Shown here in pieces: positions 18,487 through 27,993 of a DNA stretch of 62,106 bases. Under the pieces are notes generated by a model. That model was given only the letters and a program-made list of their open reading frames with translations, had not been told where the DNA came from and did not search any database. Each line of letters begins with the position of its first letter. Within the stretch, counting starts at the first letter, position 1. Made by a program: the position numbers and the translations under genes. Source of the stretch: Candidatus Aceula meridiana (GTDB lineage: Bacteria > Omnitrophota > Gorgyraeia > Zapsychrales > Aceulaceae); assembly GCA_030765185.1 (NCBI GenBank), contig JAVCDE010000015.1:1-62106 (forward strand), given 5' to 3'.

Positions 18487-19218
18487 ATGGAAAAAATAAG
18501 CCTATCAGTTATTATCCCTGCCTACAATGAGCAAGACCTCATCCAGGAAACAATTACCCAGATCGACACTTTCTTAAGCCAGAATTTTGCTGATTACGAA
18601 ATTATCATCGTTGATGACGGAAGCCAAGATGAGACTTATAAACGCTGTGCGGCCCTATTAGAAAACTTTCCCCGCCTAAAATTACTTAAAAACGAAGAAA
18701 ATCGTGGCAAAGGCTTTAGCATCAAAAAAGGTGTCTTAGAAGCCTCATCAGATCTTATTATGTTTTCGGATGCAGACCTCTCAACGCCCATCGAAGAAAT
18801 CCTCTCTTTTCTTCCTTGCTTAGAACAAGAATTTTCTATCGCAATTGGATCGCGGGCTATCTCTGGTGCGAATATTATCAAACATCAACCTTTTTTAAGA
18901 GAGTTGATGGGAAAAATATTTAACCTTTTCGTCAAAATATTTGTCTTTACAGGTATCTCCGATACTCAATGCGGATTTAAATGTTTTAAAGCAAATATCG
19001 CCAAAGAACTTTTTCGCTTGCAACGTATTGAAAGATTTTGTTTTGACGTCGAAACCTTATACCTTGCACGAAAAAAAGGCTACAAGATTAAAGAGCTCCC
19101 CATCCGCTGGATTAACAGGGAAAATTCTCGCGTTCACATTATTTTAAGCCCGATTCAAATGTTTCTCAATATCTTGACGATACGCATTAACGACCTCAAA
19201 GGACTTTATGAAAATTAA
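18487..19218 (+). CDS. GT2 polyprenyl-phosphate glycosyltransferase (dolichyl-P-glucose/mannose synthase-like)
   Basis: LSVIIPAYNE, YEIIIVDDGSQDET, NRGKGFSIKKG, FSDADLSTP, DTQCGFKCF motifs. Confidence 0.7.
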   Translation: MEKISLSVIIPAYNEQDLIQETITQIDTFLSQNFADYEIIIVDDGSQDETYKRCAALLENFPRLKLLKNEENRGKGFSIKKGVLEASSDLIMFSDADLSTPIEEILSFLPCLEQEFSIAIGSRAISGANIIKHQPFLRELMGKIFNLFVKIFVFTGISDTQCGFKCFKANIAKELFRLQRIERFCFDVETLYLARKKGYKIKELPIRWINRENSRVHIILSPIQMFLNILTIRINDLKGLYEN

Positions 19219-19223
19219 CAAAG

Positions 19224-19378
19224 CTCCGCGGCCAAAACCGTGGACCTTTCTAATGACCCTGCTTCGCTCTAAGGCTTCTGCCTGGAAGTTTCGCAGGGTT
19301 GCCCATCCGAAAAAAAGCGAACATCCTCCGGAGCAAAAAACGAATTCTCGTTTTCTTCCGTTTCTGCGAAGGATGGAC
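19224..19378 (+). repeat. Structured GC-rich repeat, family 1, copy B (leader of the GT-C gene)
   Basis: Same conserved blocks as 14928-15104. Its 3' block TTTCTGCGAAGGATGGA contains the ATG (19373) of the downstream membrane glycosyltransferase. Confidence 0.65.
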
Positions 19379-20584
19379 AAGAAATGGGCTGCAATTTTAT
19401 TTTTGTGCTTCCTTTTTACAGGGCTCTTTTTTCGATACCTTAACCGCGCGCCAAAAAGACATTTCTGTGATTTTCGTGTTTATCATGCCACTGCTGAAAA
19501 GTTTCTAAACGGCGCGAATATCTACGAAAGAAATAAAGAGTCAGTCACTCCTTACAAATATTCTCCGACTTTTGCTTTTTTGTTTTCTTTTTTGGGGTGG
19601 TTTAGCATCAAAACTTCAAGTCTAGTCTTTTTCTCGCTAAATTTTATTTTTCTTCTTGTGCTCTTCCGGTACTCTCAAAAAATTATCGACCCTGAACTCT
19701 CTTTTAATAAATGCTTTTGGCTCTTCTTTTGGGTCTTTGCGCCGATTTCCAGGTTTGCTTTTCAAGTTCTAGATAGCGGACAGGTTAACATTATTATGGC
19801 GGGGTTGGTAGTCTTGGGTTTATATTTTGCTGACAGAGACAACAATATTGCCGCAGGGATGCTTTTGTCATTATCTATCTTTTTCAAATATATGCCGGCT
19901 TTGCTTATTCCTTATTTTCTTTTTAAGAAGAAATTTCGCCTACTCGGCTGGCTATTTCTTTTTGGAATTGCATTTATGGTCCTACCTCTTATTTATACAG
20001 GGGCAGAGAAATATTTAGCATATACAAAAGACTGGCTTCCCTCCATTGTCTCAACATCCCTAGACCATGGGTCATTGATCGATTATAAAAATCAATCACT
20101 CTATTCTATAATTCTCCGTTTTTTCTGCGAAGAATCACCTTATAAAATTAAATTGATGAATTTAACATTTCAATCAACAATGAGACTCTCAACCATTGCG
20201 TGTTTTGTTCTTTATCTTTTTGCCTTATACCCTCTTTGCAAAAATCGTAAGGAACAACTTCTAGACACTGCGATGCTTTTAATTTGCATGGCTCTTTTTA
20301 ACCCAAACGCCTGGATGATCAATTTTGTTAGCCTTACGTTTGCTTATATGCTCATTTTATATCTTTTTATCCAAAACAAAAAATTATCCGCTTTGATTAT
20401 CTTTGTAATTGCGTTCTTATTGGGTTCTTTTTTCGGGGAGTCTGTTGTGGGTAACGACTTAGAAAACTTTATGGAAGAGGCGTCTTCTGTGACTTTAAGC
20501 AGCTTAGTTTTATTCTTTTATCTTTTCTATTTAAAAATTAATCAATTCATTGAATTGCAACGAGAAAAACTTAAAAGTAGTTAA
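19373..20584 (+). CDS. Polytopic GT-C-type glycosyltransferase (DUF2029/GT87-like)
   Basis: DFRVYHATAEKFLNGANIYE..TPYKYSPTFAFLF matches the DUF2029 N-terminal loop motif. More than 9 TM. The start is ambiguous: 19373 (MDKKW) is preferred, because the upstream 55 codons of ORF 19208 lie in a repeat whose reading frame is not conserved in the other copy. Confidence 0.6.
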   Translation: MDKKWAAILFLCFLFTGLFFRYLNRAPKRHFCDFRVYHATAEKFLNGANIYERNKESVTPYKYSPTFAFLFSFLGWFSIKTSSLVFFSLNFIFLLVLFRYSQKIIDPELSFNKCFWLFFWVFAPISRFAFQVLDSGQVNIIMAGLVVLGLYFADRDNNIAAGMLLSLSIFFKYMPALLIPYFLFKKKFRLLGWLFLFGIAFMVLPLIYTGAEKYLAYTKDWLPSIVSTSLDHGSLIDYKNQSLYSIILRFFCEESPYKIKLMNLTFQSTMRLSTIACFVLYLFALYPLCKNRKEQLLDTAMLLICMALFNPNAWMINFVSLTFAYMLILYLFIQNKKLSALIIFVIAFLLGSFFGESVVGNDLENFMEEASSVTLSSLVLFFYLFYLKINQFIELQREKLKSS

Positions 20585-20587
20585 ACT

Positions 20588-21523
20588 CTACGTATTGAGA
20601 AAAGAAAACCCGGCCTCTATTTTATGGCCTGCCACAAAACTCGCGGCATCCATTGCACGCGAGGCCTCGAGATGAACTTTCTTAACGAGAATGGCTTTTG
20701 AAGATGTGCCAATAATAAGGCCTTCTTTAGAAATACTGCCAATGTGACCAGGAAAAACATTCTCCTCAACCTCGACAACCTCTGTCTCTAAAATTTTGAG
20801 CATCTTTCCCTTGTAGTGAGTATAGGCTCCTGGCCAAGGCACAAGCCCTCTGACAAGGCTATCAATCTCTTCAGCCTTTTTACGCCAATCGATAAGCCCA
20901 TCTTCTTTGGTTAGCTTAGCAGCATAATTCACTTTTTTAGAATCCTGTGCAACGGTCTGATAAGCCCCTTTTTCGATTTGGCCAATAGCCGTCAAAAGAA
21001 GCGGAAGGCTCCTCTTAATTATTTTTTCTTTTAAAGAAATCGCATCATCTTTTTTGTTTATCGAAATCTTCTCCTGAAGAATAATATCTCCTGCGTCTAG
21101 TTGCGGGCTAACTTTTATAATAGTGACACCTGTTTCTTTTTCACCATTTATAATCGCCCAATTAATAGGGGCAGCTCCTCGATATTGCGGAAGGTGCGAA
21201 GCGTGAACATTAATGCTAAATTTTTTAGGAATAGATAAAATTTCATTTGTTAAAATACGCCCATAAGAAATCACAACAAAAAGGTCTGCCGAATAAGAAG
21301 AAAGCTTCGCAATAAATTTCTCATCCGCAAGATTCGTTGGCTGTAAAACCTCAACCTCATGTTTTAGAGCAACCTGTTTTGTCAAAGGAGCCATAAGGTG
21401 CAGGAACCTTCCCTTAGGCTTATCAGGCTGAGTTACACAAGCCAAAACCTTATGCTTAAATTCAATAAGATTCTCTAAGTTAGCGGCAGCACAATTATCG
21501 CTTCCAAAAAAAACAATATTCAT
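20588..21523 (-). CDS. fmt: Methionyl-tRNA formyltransferase
   Basis: IVFFGS..VTQPDKPKGR, NVHASHLPQYRGAAPINWAIING, and a C-terminal Fmt domain. Confidence 0.9.
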   Translation of the reverse strand: MNIVFFGSDNCAAANLENLIEFKHKVLACVTQPDKPKGRFLHLMAPLTKQVALKHEVEVLQPTNLADEKFIAKLSSYSADLFVVISYGRILTNEILSIPKKFSINVHASHLPQYRGAAPINWAIINGEKETGVTIIKVSPQLDAGDIILQEKISINKKDDAISLKEKIIKRSLPLLLTAIGQIEKGAYQTVAQDSKKVNYAAKLTKEDGLIDWRKKAEEIDSLVRGLVPWPGAYTHYKGKMLKILETEVVEVEENVFPGHIGSISKEGLIIGTSSKAILVKKVHLEASRAMDAASFVAGHKIEAGFSFLNT

Positions 21524-21534
21524 TTCATTTCTTT

Positions 21535-23385
21535 TTATGGGTCAACATTAACGGTTATGATTGTTTTTCCTTTTCGCCGAAATTCTTTTTTTGTCCGAAG
21601 AATCAAATCAGTCATCTGGGTGATTGATTTTCCTTTTACTAATATAACAAATCGGTATTTATCACGCAACTTCTCAATAACAGCTGCTTGAGGTTCTGAA
21701 ATCTCAATGTTTTTAGAAGAATTCTTTTCATCAAGACTATTAAAGAATTGCTCAACTTGCTCTTGAACAATGTCTTGTTTTACCCCGCGGATGCGAACTT
21801 CGATAATATGCTTAAAAGGCGGCAAATCCAATTCTTTTCTTAGCTTCAATTCTTGTCTATAAAACTCTAAAGGATCCTTATCTTGCAGAGACTTAATACA
21901 ATAATTATCTTTTAAGGTCGTCTGAATCGTAAGCTGTTTTTCTGTCATATTCTTAATTTTTTGAAAGAGCGCAAACGCATGATAACCTGCTTGAAAATCT
22001 AACCGATTAAGCTCTGCATCGGCTGCAACAACAGCCGAAAGGCTAAATTTAATATGACCGCAAAGATGTAACACAGCTTGAGTGGCGACAAGAATATCAA
22101 AACGATCTGGAATTTTCTTGGTTTCCTTGTCATAGCAAAAAATACGTGTCGTAGGGAAAAAACGTGCCGCCTCGCTTTCTATCTTTTCTATTCCCCCTCC
22201 TTTAAAATTTAAATAAGAGCTTTGACATTCTGGACAAGACTGAGGCTTGGGTGCCTGATATCCGCAATAACGGCAGGCAACGCTTTTTAAATGATATAAA
22301 TAAGTTAAATGAGCATCACAACGTTTGCACTTAAGAACATGTCCGCATTTTGAACAAACCCCGAAACTTCCAAATCCTTTTTTGTTCATCAGCAAAAGAA
22401 CCTTTTCTCTTTTTTCAAGAACTCTCTCGATACCATATTGAAGAGGAAGCGAAATCGACCCAGCTCCTTTTGGTTTATAATTAAGAAGGTCAATTATTTG
22501 CACAGATGGCTGTAATTTTGTTGAAATTGTCTGAAGCGAGATTTTCTTTTGTAAGGCTAAGTGCATTCTCTCAACGGTGGGAATCTGCGAAGAAAAAATG
22601 ATAGAAGCTTTTTGCAACTCCGCTCTCATTAAGGCAACATGGCGAGCATCATAGAGTGGCGTTTGCTCCTGTTTATATGAGAAATTATCCTCTTTTAAAA
22701 TAACAATAAGCCCTAAATTTTTAACAGGCGCAAAAACCGCTGAGCGGCTCCCTAGAACAAAAGTTGCTTTTCCTTCTCGAATTTTTTTCCACGCATTAAG
22801 CTCTTGGACACTTGTCAGGCGTTTATCCAAAACTAAAACTTCTTGTTTTGTCGTCAACTCGAGCGTCTTCTTATAAGAAGGAATAAGTGAAACTTCCGGA
22901 GCAAGAACAAGAACGCCCTGTTTACAATCAAGCGTTTGCCCAATACGTTTAGAAATCTCAGACCCAACTCCTTCGCTTTCCCTGCCGCAGAGTAATAGAT
23001 TGTCCTCTTGGCTTTCTTTCTTTTTTATATCTGGTGTCAATTGCATTTCAATTATTTTTTTACGCTTATAAATAGCAACGGGAAGACTTGCTTCAATAGC
23101 TTCACCCCAAGAACAACAATAATATTTTGCAAACTCTTGAGTAAGCGTAAGAAGATCTTCGGACAAAATCGGTTGTGGATCAAGAACCGACAAAACTTCT
23201 TTAAGCTGAGGATAACGGCTTTTTGATTTGAGTCCGATAACAAATCCTATTATTTTTTGTGTTTGGAAAGAAACAAGGACGCGACTACCTACGGAAATTT
23301 GAGATACTAAGTTTGGAGGGACAGAATAATCAAAAGGCCCTTCGATAGGAAGGCCGACAACGACTTGAGCAATTGCTTTCTTCAT
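21535..23385 (-). CDS. priA: Primosomal protein N' (PriA) with degenerate helicase motifs I and II
   Basis: N-terminal 3'-DNA-binding domain (AQVVVGLPIEGPFDYSVP), Cys-rich zinc region (CSKCG..CKRCD..CRYCG..CPECQ) and a C-terminal domain. Walker A reads GRESEGVG and DEEH reads LKED. 616 aa is short for PriA. Confidence 0.75.
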   Translation of the reverse strand: MKKAIAQVVVGLPIEGPFDYSVPPNLVSQISVGSRVLVSFQTQKIIGFVIGLKSKSRYPQLKEVLSVLDPQPILSEDLLTLTQEFAKYYCCSWGEAIEASLPVAIYKRKKIIEMQLTPDIKKKESQEDNLLLCGRESEGVGSEISKRIGQTLDCKQGVLVLAPEVSLIPSYKKTLELTTKQEVLVLDKRLTSVQELNAWKKIREGKATFVLGSRSAVFAPVKNLGLIVILKEDNFSYKQEQTPLYDARHVALMRAELQKASIIFSSQIPTVERMHLALQKKISLQTISTKLQPSVQIIDLLNYKPKGAGSISLPLQYGIERVLEKREKVLLLMNKKGFGSFGVCSKCGHVLKCKRCDAHLTYLYHLKSVACRYCGYQAPKPQSCPECQSSYLNFKGGGIEKIESEAARFFPTTRIFCYDKETKKIPDRFDILVATQAVLHLCGHIKFSLSAVVAADAELNRLDFQAGYHAFALFQKIKNMTEKQLTIQTTLKDNYCIKSLQDKDPLEFYRQELKLRKELDLPPFKHIIEVRIRGVKQDIVQEQVEQFFNSLDEKNSSKNIEISEPQAAVIEKLRDKYRFVILVKGKSITQMTDLILRTKKEFRRKGKTIITVNVDP

Positions 23386-23400
23386 TTGTTTAAGGAAGCT

Positions 23401-24486
23401 TTACGGTATCAGCTTGATGATATCGGAAACAGCAGACGGACGAGCTATTTTCTTTATTTTTTCTTGATTGGCAAGGCGATATTCTTCAGATGAGCTTAAC
23501 TTCTGGATCTCCTGGGCCATTTCTTGAGCGCTGACATCGCTGACGCCGATGCCGTATCCTTTAAGAACTCTAATATTATTTGTCTCTTGCCCAGGGATAG
23601 CACTAAAAAATACAAGAGGCAAGCCACGGACTAAAGCTTCTGAAATTGATAGGCCTCCGGGCTTTGTAATCATGGCATCCGAAACAGCCATGTATTCGTG
23701 CATATTATCAACAAAACCGCATACCTTGACCAGATCCATTTTCTTAGCTGATAGACGTTTAAAAAGACTCTCATTGCTTCCGCAGATAACAATCGACTGA
23801 ACCCCTTTAAGATTGTCAATAATCTCTTCAATATTCCCAATGCCAAAAGACCCTGTTGCGATTAAAGTGGTAAAAATATCTTTTTTCAGTCCAAGCTTTT
23901 CTTTTAGCTGGTCGCGGTCATAAATTTTAGAAAACTTTTCATCTGTTGGAATTCCGGTGACACTAATTTGGCCCTCTGGAATCCGTAAAGAAATTAATTT
24001 ATCTTTTGTATATTCGCTAGCAACAGTGTAGTGGTCGATACCCTTAGAAAACCACATGCTGTGCACATCATAATCCGTTACAACACAGATAAGCTTCGAG
24101 CTAATAAGATTCTTTCTCTTTAGATAGCAAGCAACCTCATGCGGAAAGAAATGGGTAGCAATAATGCAATCGGGGTTTTCTTCTCTTAAAAATCGATGCA
24201 GCTTACCGGCATTTTGAATATAAAGCATCTTTCGCGAACCGCGAATAATCGCCAACAAAAAAGGAATATCTGTTAGCCAAAAGAAAAATGCCCACACCCA
24301 CGAAAAATAGCTGATAAGAATTTTATAACTTTTACGGTAGAGTGTTCGATAAAAAGAATTGGTGTAATCAAGGGCATCAACACAACGAACATCGTAATTT
24401 GTGTGATCCTTGATTCCGTTATAAACAGCCTCAGCGGCTTTTTTGTGACCGTTACCGGCTGTTGCGTGGATGATGAGAATTTTCAT
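23401..24486 (-). CDS. Diacylglycerol glycosyltransferase (MGDG synthase/UgtP-like, GT28)
   Basis: MKILIIHATAGNGHKKAAEAV N-terminal motif and C-terminal ITKPGGLSISEAL..P nucleotide-sugar motif. Confidence 0.65.
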   Translation of the reverse strand: MKILIIHATAGNGHKKAAEAVYNGIKDHTNYDVRCVDALDYTNSFYRTLYRKSYKILISYFSWVWAFFFWLTDIPFLLAIIRGSRKMLYIQNAGKLHRFLREENPDCIIATHFFPHEVACYLKRKNLISSKLICVVTDYDVHSMWFSKGIDHYTVASEYTKDKLISLRIPEGQISVTGIPTDEKFSKIYDRDQLKEKLGLKKDIFTTLIATGSFGIGNIEEIIDNLKGVQSIVICGSNESLFKRLSAKKMDLVKVCGFVDNMHEYMAVSDAMITKPGGLSISEALVRGLPLVFFSAIPGQETNNIRVLKGYGIGVSDVSAQEMAQEIQKLSSSEEYRLANQEKIKKIARPSAVSDIIKLIP

Positions 24487-25030
24487 GAATGATAATCTTT
24501 GTTGCTTCCTTTAATGATTTAACAACGTAATCTGGAGTAATATCCCAGCTTTTAATATCTTTACTTCGGTTCTTTCCTGACAAAACCAAAATCGTTTTAC
24601 ATCCGGCATTAATACCTGCTTCGATATCTGTCTTATCATCACCTACAAAATAAGCATATTTGGCGTGGTCAATAGTTTTGTTCATTCCCTTGAGCGCCTT
24701 TTCAACCGAGCCAGTACGAGGCTTTCGGCAATCGCAACCAGCATCTGAACGATGTGTGCAATAAAAAGTCTTCTTAATTCTTCCGCCGGCCTTTGTGATG
24801 TGGCGCAGCATATGGACATTAATCGTCTCAAGCTTGCCCTTAGAATAAAGTCCTTTTCCCACTCCCGCCTGATTCGAAACGACAAAGATCGAATATCCTT
24901 CTTTAGTTAATTCTACAATAGAATCAATCGCGCCGGGTAAAAAATGAAAATCTTTTACTTTGGTCACATAATTGCCAAATCCGGGAAAAGCGTTAATTAC
25001 GCCGTCTCTATCTAGAAATGCAATTTTCAT
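24452..25030 (-). CDS. gmhB: D-glycero-D-manno-heptose 1,7-bisphosphate phosphatase
   Basis: HAD-IIIA motifs FLDRDGVIN and VVSNQAGVGKG, zinc-loop YCTHRSDAGCDCRKP, and FVGDDKTDIEAG. Confidence 0.8.
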   Translation of the reverse strand: MKIAFLDRDGVINAFPGFGNYVTKVKDFHFLPGAIDSIVELTKEGYSIFVVSNQAGVGKGLYSKGKLETINVHMLRHITKAGGRIKKTFYCTHRSDAGCDCRKPRTGSVEKALKGMNKTIDHAKYAYFVGDDKTDIEAGINAGCKTILVLSGKNRSKDIKSWDITPDYVVKSLKEATKIIIHENSHHPRNSR

Positions 25031-25797
25031 TTACTCGTATTCCCCCTTTTCATTTCCCAATATTTTGCATAACTGATGATTTGATAAAGCGAAGCAAAAA
25101 AAGCAAACATAAAACCAATAAACCCGTCTTTGTATCCTTTTTTACGAATATATCGCCTTGGAAAACGATCGAACGTACGCCACAGAGCCCTTTTAAAACT
25201 CATTTGGCGCCCCGTTTGAACCCACTTCTTTGCTTCAAGAGTTGTTTGTCCGTTAAGCTTTGAAAGAAAATGTGAAAAATCTCGATAACTATAGTGAATC
25301 ATATCTGTTGTAAGATGTCCTGTTTCTCCATCTAAAAATACACGCGGATGAACTTCAACCTCTTCATATTTAAAACGGTCTCGCATAAAAAGCCTTAACT
25401 GCGCAGCCGGATACTGGCCACCACTTTTAACCCAATAATCCCCAAGATAATTCCGTCGAGGAATTGTAAACGCATGGAAATCTTTATTTTCTTTTAATAC
25501 TTTCGAAATTTCTTCCCTTAACTCAGGCAACAGGCGCTCATCGGCATCAAGACTTAAAACCCATTCGTTTTTTGCTTGCGCGTAAGCCCAATTGCGATGC
25601 TTTCCCTCGTTTTCCATCTTTCGATGAAAAACTTTATCCGCGTATTTTTCAGCTAAAGAAACTGTCTTGTCCGTACTTTCATCGTCAACAACAATAATTT
25701 CATCAGCCCAACCATGGGCACTCTTTAAACAATCTTCAATATTGTGTTCTTCATTTTTTGTAATAACAACAACGGATAATAGGGCTTTATCTACCAC
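25027..25797 (-). CDS. Glycosyltransferase family 2 (LPS-core WaaE/KdtX-like)
   Basis: LSVVVITKNEEHNIEDCL..ADEIIVVDDESTDKT and SLDADERL motifs. Confidence 0.7.
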   Translation of the reverse strand: MVDKALLSVVVITKNEEHNIEDCLKSAHGWADEIIVVDDESTDKTVSLAEKYADKVFHRKMENEGKHRNWAYAQAKNEWVLSLDADERLLPELREEISKVLKENKDFHAFTIPRRNYLGDYWVKSGGQYPAAQLRLFMRDRFKYEEVEVHPRVFLDGETGHLTTDMIHYSYRDFSHFLSKLNGQTTLEAKKWVQTGRQMSFKRALWRTFDRFPRRYIRKKGYKDGFIGFMFAFFASLYQIISYAKYWEMKRGNTSK

Positions 25798-26896
25798 GGA
25801 TAATCTCCTTTAGATTTGCGCAAACATAATCAACTTGATCTTGTTGCATATGTGGAAACATTGGCAATGAAAGAATTTCGCTGCAAATTTCCTCGGAAAC
25901 AACAAAGTCGCCTTTTTTATGCCCAAGCTCTTCATAAGCCTTCTGAAGATGAATCGGAATAGGATAATGGATTAAAACTCCAATGCCCTTTTCTTGCATT
26001 TTTGTACAAACATCGTCTCTATTCTTAACGCGTACGGCAAACGTTTGATACGTGTGCGTTCGGTCATCTCTTGTAATCGGAACGACAACATCGCCTATTT
26101 CTTTTAACTGCTCTTTATAATTCTTAAAACAATCAACCCGCATCACGTTCCATTTATCAAAACGCTTTAATTTTGCAGCCAAGACAACAGCTTGAACAGT
26201 ATCAAGCCTTGAGTTATATCCTTTAATCAAATGCTCATATCGGCCTTGACGTCCATAATCGCGCAACATCAAAACTTTCTGATACAAGTCCTCATTATTA
26301 GTCGCAATAAAACCTCCGTCGCCAAAACCCCCTAGACCTTTCGTTGGATAAAAGCTAAAACAACCGATGTCTCCCAAAGAACCAATTTTTTTTCCTTTAT
26401 AAAGAGCACCATGAGCTTGGGCGCAATCTTCGACAACTTTAATATTATGTTTTTTAGCAATTTGTAAAATCTCATCCATGTTAGCCGGTTGCCCATAAAG
26501 ATGTACAGGAATAATTGCCTTTGTCTTTTTAGTTATTAAAGATTCAAGCTTAGTTGGATCAATATTATAAATGTCGCTCTCAATATCAATAAAGACAGGC
26601 GTAGCGCCGGCATATGAAACAGCCAAAGCCGTTGCAATAAAGGTAAACGTCGGCAAAATAACTTCGTCACCTGGACCAACGCCTAAAGCCCGAAGAGCCA
26701 AATGCAAAGCATCTGTCCCTGAATTAACGCCTACGCCATATTTGGCTTCGCAGTAAGAAGCAAATTGAGCCTCAAAATCTTTTTCAGCTGGACCCAAGAT
26801 AAAACTGCCATTCTCAAAGACATCTTTAAGGCCAACATCAATTTCATCTTTTATCTCATGATATTGGGGTCTAAAATCAACAAATGGGACTTTCAT
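25787..26896 (-). CDS. DegT/DnrJ/EryC1/StrS-family sugar aminotransferase (WbpE-like)
   Basis: GVNSGTDALHLAL, CFSFYPTKGLGGFGDGG (PLP-lysine region), and the aminotransferase C-terminal domain. Confidence 0.8.
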   Translation of the reverse strand: MKVPFVDFRPQYHEIKDEIDVGLKDVFENGSFILGPAEKDFEAQFASYCEAKYGVGVNSGTDALHLALRALGVGPGDEVILPTFTFIATALAVSYAGATPVFIDIESDIYNIDPTKLESLITKKTKAIIPVHLYGQPANMDEILQIAKKHNIKVVEDCAQAHGALYKGKKIGSLGDIGCFSFYPTKGLGGFGDGGFIATNNEDLYQKVLMLRDYGRQGRYEHLIKGYNSRLDTVQAVVLAAKLKRFDKWNVMRVDCFKNYKEQLKEIGDVVVPITRDDRTHTYQTFAVRVKNRDDVCTKMQEKGIGVLIHYPIPIHLQKAYEELGHKKGDFVVSEEICSEILSLPMFPHMQQDQVDYVCANLKEIIRGR

Positions 26897-27993
26897 AAAA
26901 CCTCTTCTACTTTCTTGAAAACATTCTCTACAGTTATTAGTTTTAAACAGTTATGGTGCGAACAATCCGAAACGCGAAAACGCCTGTAGCAAGGCCTGCA
27001 GGCAATTGCCGCGTGAGCAACCTTATGACCATCTTGAGGATACGGCCCGTAAACATTTTCATCAACCGGGCCAAAGATAGAAACAGTTTTAATGCCTTGA
27101 GCAACAGCAACATGCAGCGGCCCGCCATCATTAACAACCGCCACCTGACATCTCGCAATAAGTGCTGCAAACTGGCCAACTGTTGTTGTCCCAAAAGCCT
27201 CAACCAAAGGAGCTTTTGTCTTTTGGGCAATAGCTTTACACAACGCGCTTTCCTCATTGCCCCCTAACAGTATAATTTTGTCTGAAGTTTTTTCAACAAT
27301 TTTATCGGCTAATTTTGTATAATTTTCAGCAGGCCATCGCTTATATTTTGCGGCTTTTCCCCAGCTTGCTCCGCCTCCTGGAATAATGGCAATCAGCTTT
27401 TGATCAGGTGCGATCTGTTTCTGCAAAAGGAAATCTTGCGCCCAGGTAACATCTTTTGGATTTAGAGGCATCGACATTTCTTTAGAGGCAACAGGAACAT
27501 CTAGATATTTTAAAATTTCTAAATAAGATTCAATAACGTGCTTATCTTTATAGCTTTCTAAAGGAATTTTCTTTGTTAAAAAAGGACTTCGGTTTTTATA
27601 GTTAAATCCAATACGGACAGGAATTCCGCTAAGCCACAAAAAGAAACCAACATACTCATTTAAAGAGACATCGATAACAACATCAAATTTTTCTTGCTTG
27701 ATAAGCGCCAAAAAATTCTGAAACTTCTTAATAACTTTTTTCTTTGACTCTTTATAAAATTTCCGATATTCATCTTTCTCGTAAACAAAAACCTTATCAA
27801 TCTGAGGATTGTCTTCTAAAAATCCGGATGTGCGCCGATTAGACATGTAGCCAATCACAACATCCGGCATGGCTTTTTTTATATTTTGAATAAGGGGAGT
27901 TGTAAAAAGAACATCACCGATTCCAAAAATATTAACAATAAGAATTCTTTTTTGCTTTGAATCAGCCATTTTATTAAATTTTTTCTTTAACAC
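26893..27993 (-). CDS. Glycosyltransferase family 9 (LPS heptosyltransferase-like)
   Basis: RILIVNIFGIGDVLFTTPLIQNIKKAMPD, KRWPAENY, and VVNDGGPLHVA motifs. Confidence 0.75.
   Translation of the reverse strand: MLKKKFNKMADSKQKRILIVNIFGIGDVLFTTPLIQNIKKAMPDVVIGYMSNRRTSGFLEDNPQIDKVFVYEKDEYRKFYKESKKKVIKKFQNFLALIKQEKFDVVIDVSLNEYVGFFLWLSGIPVRIGFNYKNRSPFLTKKIPLESYKDKHVIESYLEILKYLDVPVASKEMSMPLNPKDVTWAQDFLLQKQIAPDQKLIAIIPGGGASWGKAAKYKRWPAENYTKLADKIVEKTSDKIILLGGNEESALCKAIAQKTKAPLVEAFGTTTVGQFAALIARCQVAVVNDGGPLHVAVAQGIKTVSIFGPVDENVYGPYPQDGHKVAHAAIACRPCYRRFRVSDCSHHNCLKLITVENVFKKVEEVL

Noticed and set aside
19144-19380. ORF 19144..19380 (-), and the 55-codon N-terminal extension of ORF 19208..20584
   Set aside because: The reason is the same as above: the sequence is repeat-derived and the frame is not conserved between copies. 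The extension remains formally possible, because its ATG at 19208 overlaps the GT2 stop, so I flag it as an alternative start only.
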